From contig CM060733.1 of assembly GCA_030704615.1 (NCBI GenBank), positions 70,370,001 to 70,434,000 on the forward strand: a stretch of 64,000 nucleotides of DNA, in the 5' to 3' direction. Source of the stretch: Takakia lepidozioides. Lineage: Eukaryota > Plantae > Bryophyta. Of the stretch, positions 62,505 to 64,000 are shown in pieces. A model generated the notes under the pieces. The model made no database searches. It saw only the letters and a program-made list of their open reading frames with translations, and was not told the DNA's origin. How positions within the stretch are numbered: position 1 is the stretch's first letter; each line of letters begins with the position of its first letter. Position numbers and translations under genes: made by a program.

Positions 62505-64000
62505 ATGAGTGATGAAAGAGAAGCTAGACGCCAGAGATATTCAGCAAAAAGAGAAAGCTATCTGAAAGCTAATTATCCATATCTTTGGGAGAGAGGAATA
62601 GACATAGGGGAATCATCTGGACCTCTCACGCCATTAAGATCAAAGAGTACATCACCCATACCAGAAGAACTAGAGTTGAATGACACTCCTTCTGTTTCTT
62701 TGCGAGAAAGATTAAGGGAATTGGTACGAGAAGAAGATCAATCACGAGGTGAAAGATCTGAGGTACATCCCTGGATAAAAGATTTGATAGAAATCTTTGA
62801 TAAGAGTTGGCATGGAACACCAAAAGCAGGAACTCCAGTTTCTGAAGCGGAAGGTGAAGAAGGAGGAGAGGATGTGGCAGAGCCAACGGAGAGTTCAGAC
62901 TCTCCAACACCATTGCAGTTGAGTTACATGAGTGAAGAAGAAACCCAAGGGCAGAACTTGGAGGATGAAAACAGAGAGAAGAAATTGGAAGAAGAAGAAT
63001 ATGAAGAAGTAGACCCAACAGCTGAGGTTGAGACTACAACCAGGACATCCCAACCCGTTGGACCTGGATCAAGTGGAGCACTTGGATCGCAAGCCAACGA
63101 AGGTGTCGGCTCAGGGGGATCAGGCGGGCTGCCTGGATCTGGCTCTGGGGGGACAGGGAGTGTGAGAAGTAATGCAACTGAAGCTGGGAATACTGTGAAT
63201 ATCGTGGGGCCAGAAGCAGGGAGTGCTCAAGGGCCACCACTTGGTGGAAGATCCACCACAAAAACAACAGGTCCAGAAGGACCAGCACCAGCAAGGGTGC
63301 CAGCACCTGTTAGTGGGCAGAAGGTAGGGCCACAGATGGCGTTACAACCAACACGGGCAAAACCACCTTTTCCAATATATTCAGGAAAAGGGGATCCTGA
63401 TGTACACATTAGCCAATTTGAGCACATGTGTATAGTGAACAATGAGAATGGCGATGATGCCAAGATGAGACTGTTTCCGTGACTTATAAAGAAAGCAAGT
63501 GAATGGTATGCAAGATTCCCTGATAATCATTTCCTAACCTGGAATGGCTTGAATACAGCATTTCGAAATAGGTTCAGGACAAGTAAAACTAAGGATGAAG
63601 TGTATGGAAGTTTACAACAGCTGAAGCAGAAGAAGCATGAAACTGTTGAAGAGTATATGGAGAAGATGGAATTGATGATGAAAAAGCTGGCTGCAGTACC
63701 AGCACCTGGTTTACAGAAGACTTGGTTTGTGAGTGGACTAAGACCAGAGTTGCAAAAGAAAGTGGATATGTTACCCCATAATACAGTGGAGGAGGCATTT
63801 GAAACTGCAAATAGAATTGAGCAATTGGGAATGCTCAGGAGAGAGAAAAGGGATGATGAAGACTCTGAGGAGGAGTCAGATGAAGAAGAAGAGCAAGAAC
63901 TAAAAAGGAAGAGTAAGAGAAAGGAGAAGTTGAAGAGGGATAACTATGAAAAAAGATTGGAAGAAATCTTGAAGAAATATGCCACAGAGGCTGCAACACA
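62505..64000 (+). pseudogene. Gag (frameshift near 63480; 3' partial)
   Basis: YSGKGDPDVHI, MRLFP, ASEWY, TWNGLNTAFRNRF, LKQKKHETVEEY, FVSGLRPEL. Confidence 0.85.

Larger units (their letters stand above)
60800..64000 (+). mobile_element. Tat/Ogre-like gypsy 5' part (LTR 60800-61895, PBS 61898-61915, extra ORF, gag), continuing beyond the window
   Basis: TG start; ...GCGACA followed by TTTGGCGACCATACTGGGGA (tRNA-Arg-like PBS); gag motifs. Confidence 0.78.

Overview
Eukaryotic, plant-type (probably non-seed streptophyte) transposon nest with no intact host gene and a 500-N gap at 51119-51618. The main feature is a large Mutator-like (MULE) DNA transposon family present four times. The complete copy spans 13464-35658 with a 9-bp TSD ATTACATGA and imperfect 21-bp TIRs; it is about 15.4 kb once a nested chromovirus is removed. 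Besides a spliced GCM-like/DDE/SWIM transposase it carries three things: (i) a multi-exon gene joining a ParB/Srx-like domain (DGNHR) to a beta-class N4C/N6A DNA-methyltransferase-like domain, (ii) a divergent pair of paralogous unknown ~190-aa genes, and (iii) arrays of a 22-28 bp palindrome GGAAATGCGGYRCCGCATTTCC, phased at exactly 53 bp in the cleanest array and also present singly in introns of the ParB-MTase gene. This looks like a transposon-encoded DNA-binding/DNA-modification module with its own cognate sites; that function is inference. Also present: a young chromovirus and an older decayed copy, a Ty3/gypsy element with a DNMT3-like C5 methyltransferase between protease and RT, a PHD-finger gypsy 3' end, a Tat/Ogre-like element with an extra 5' ORF (two copies), a Penelope-like RT, a CACTA end, LINE and integrase fragments, and fused intronless GMP-synthase/SCE1 gene fragments.
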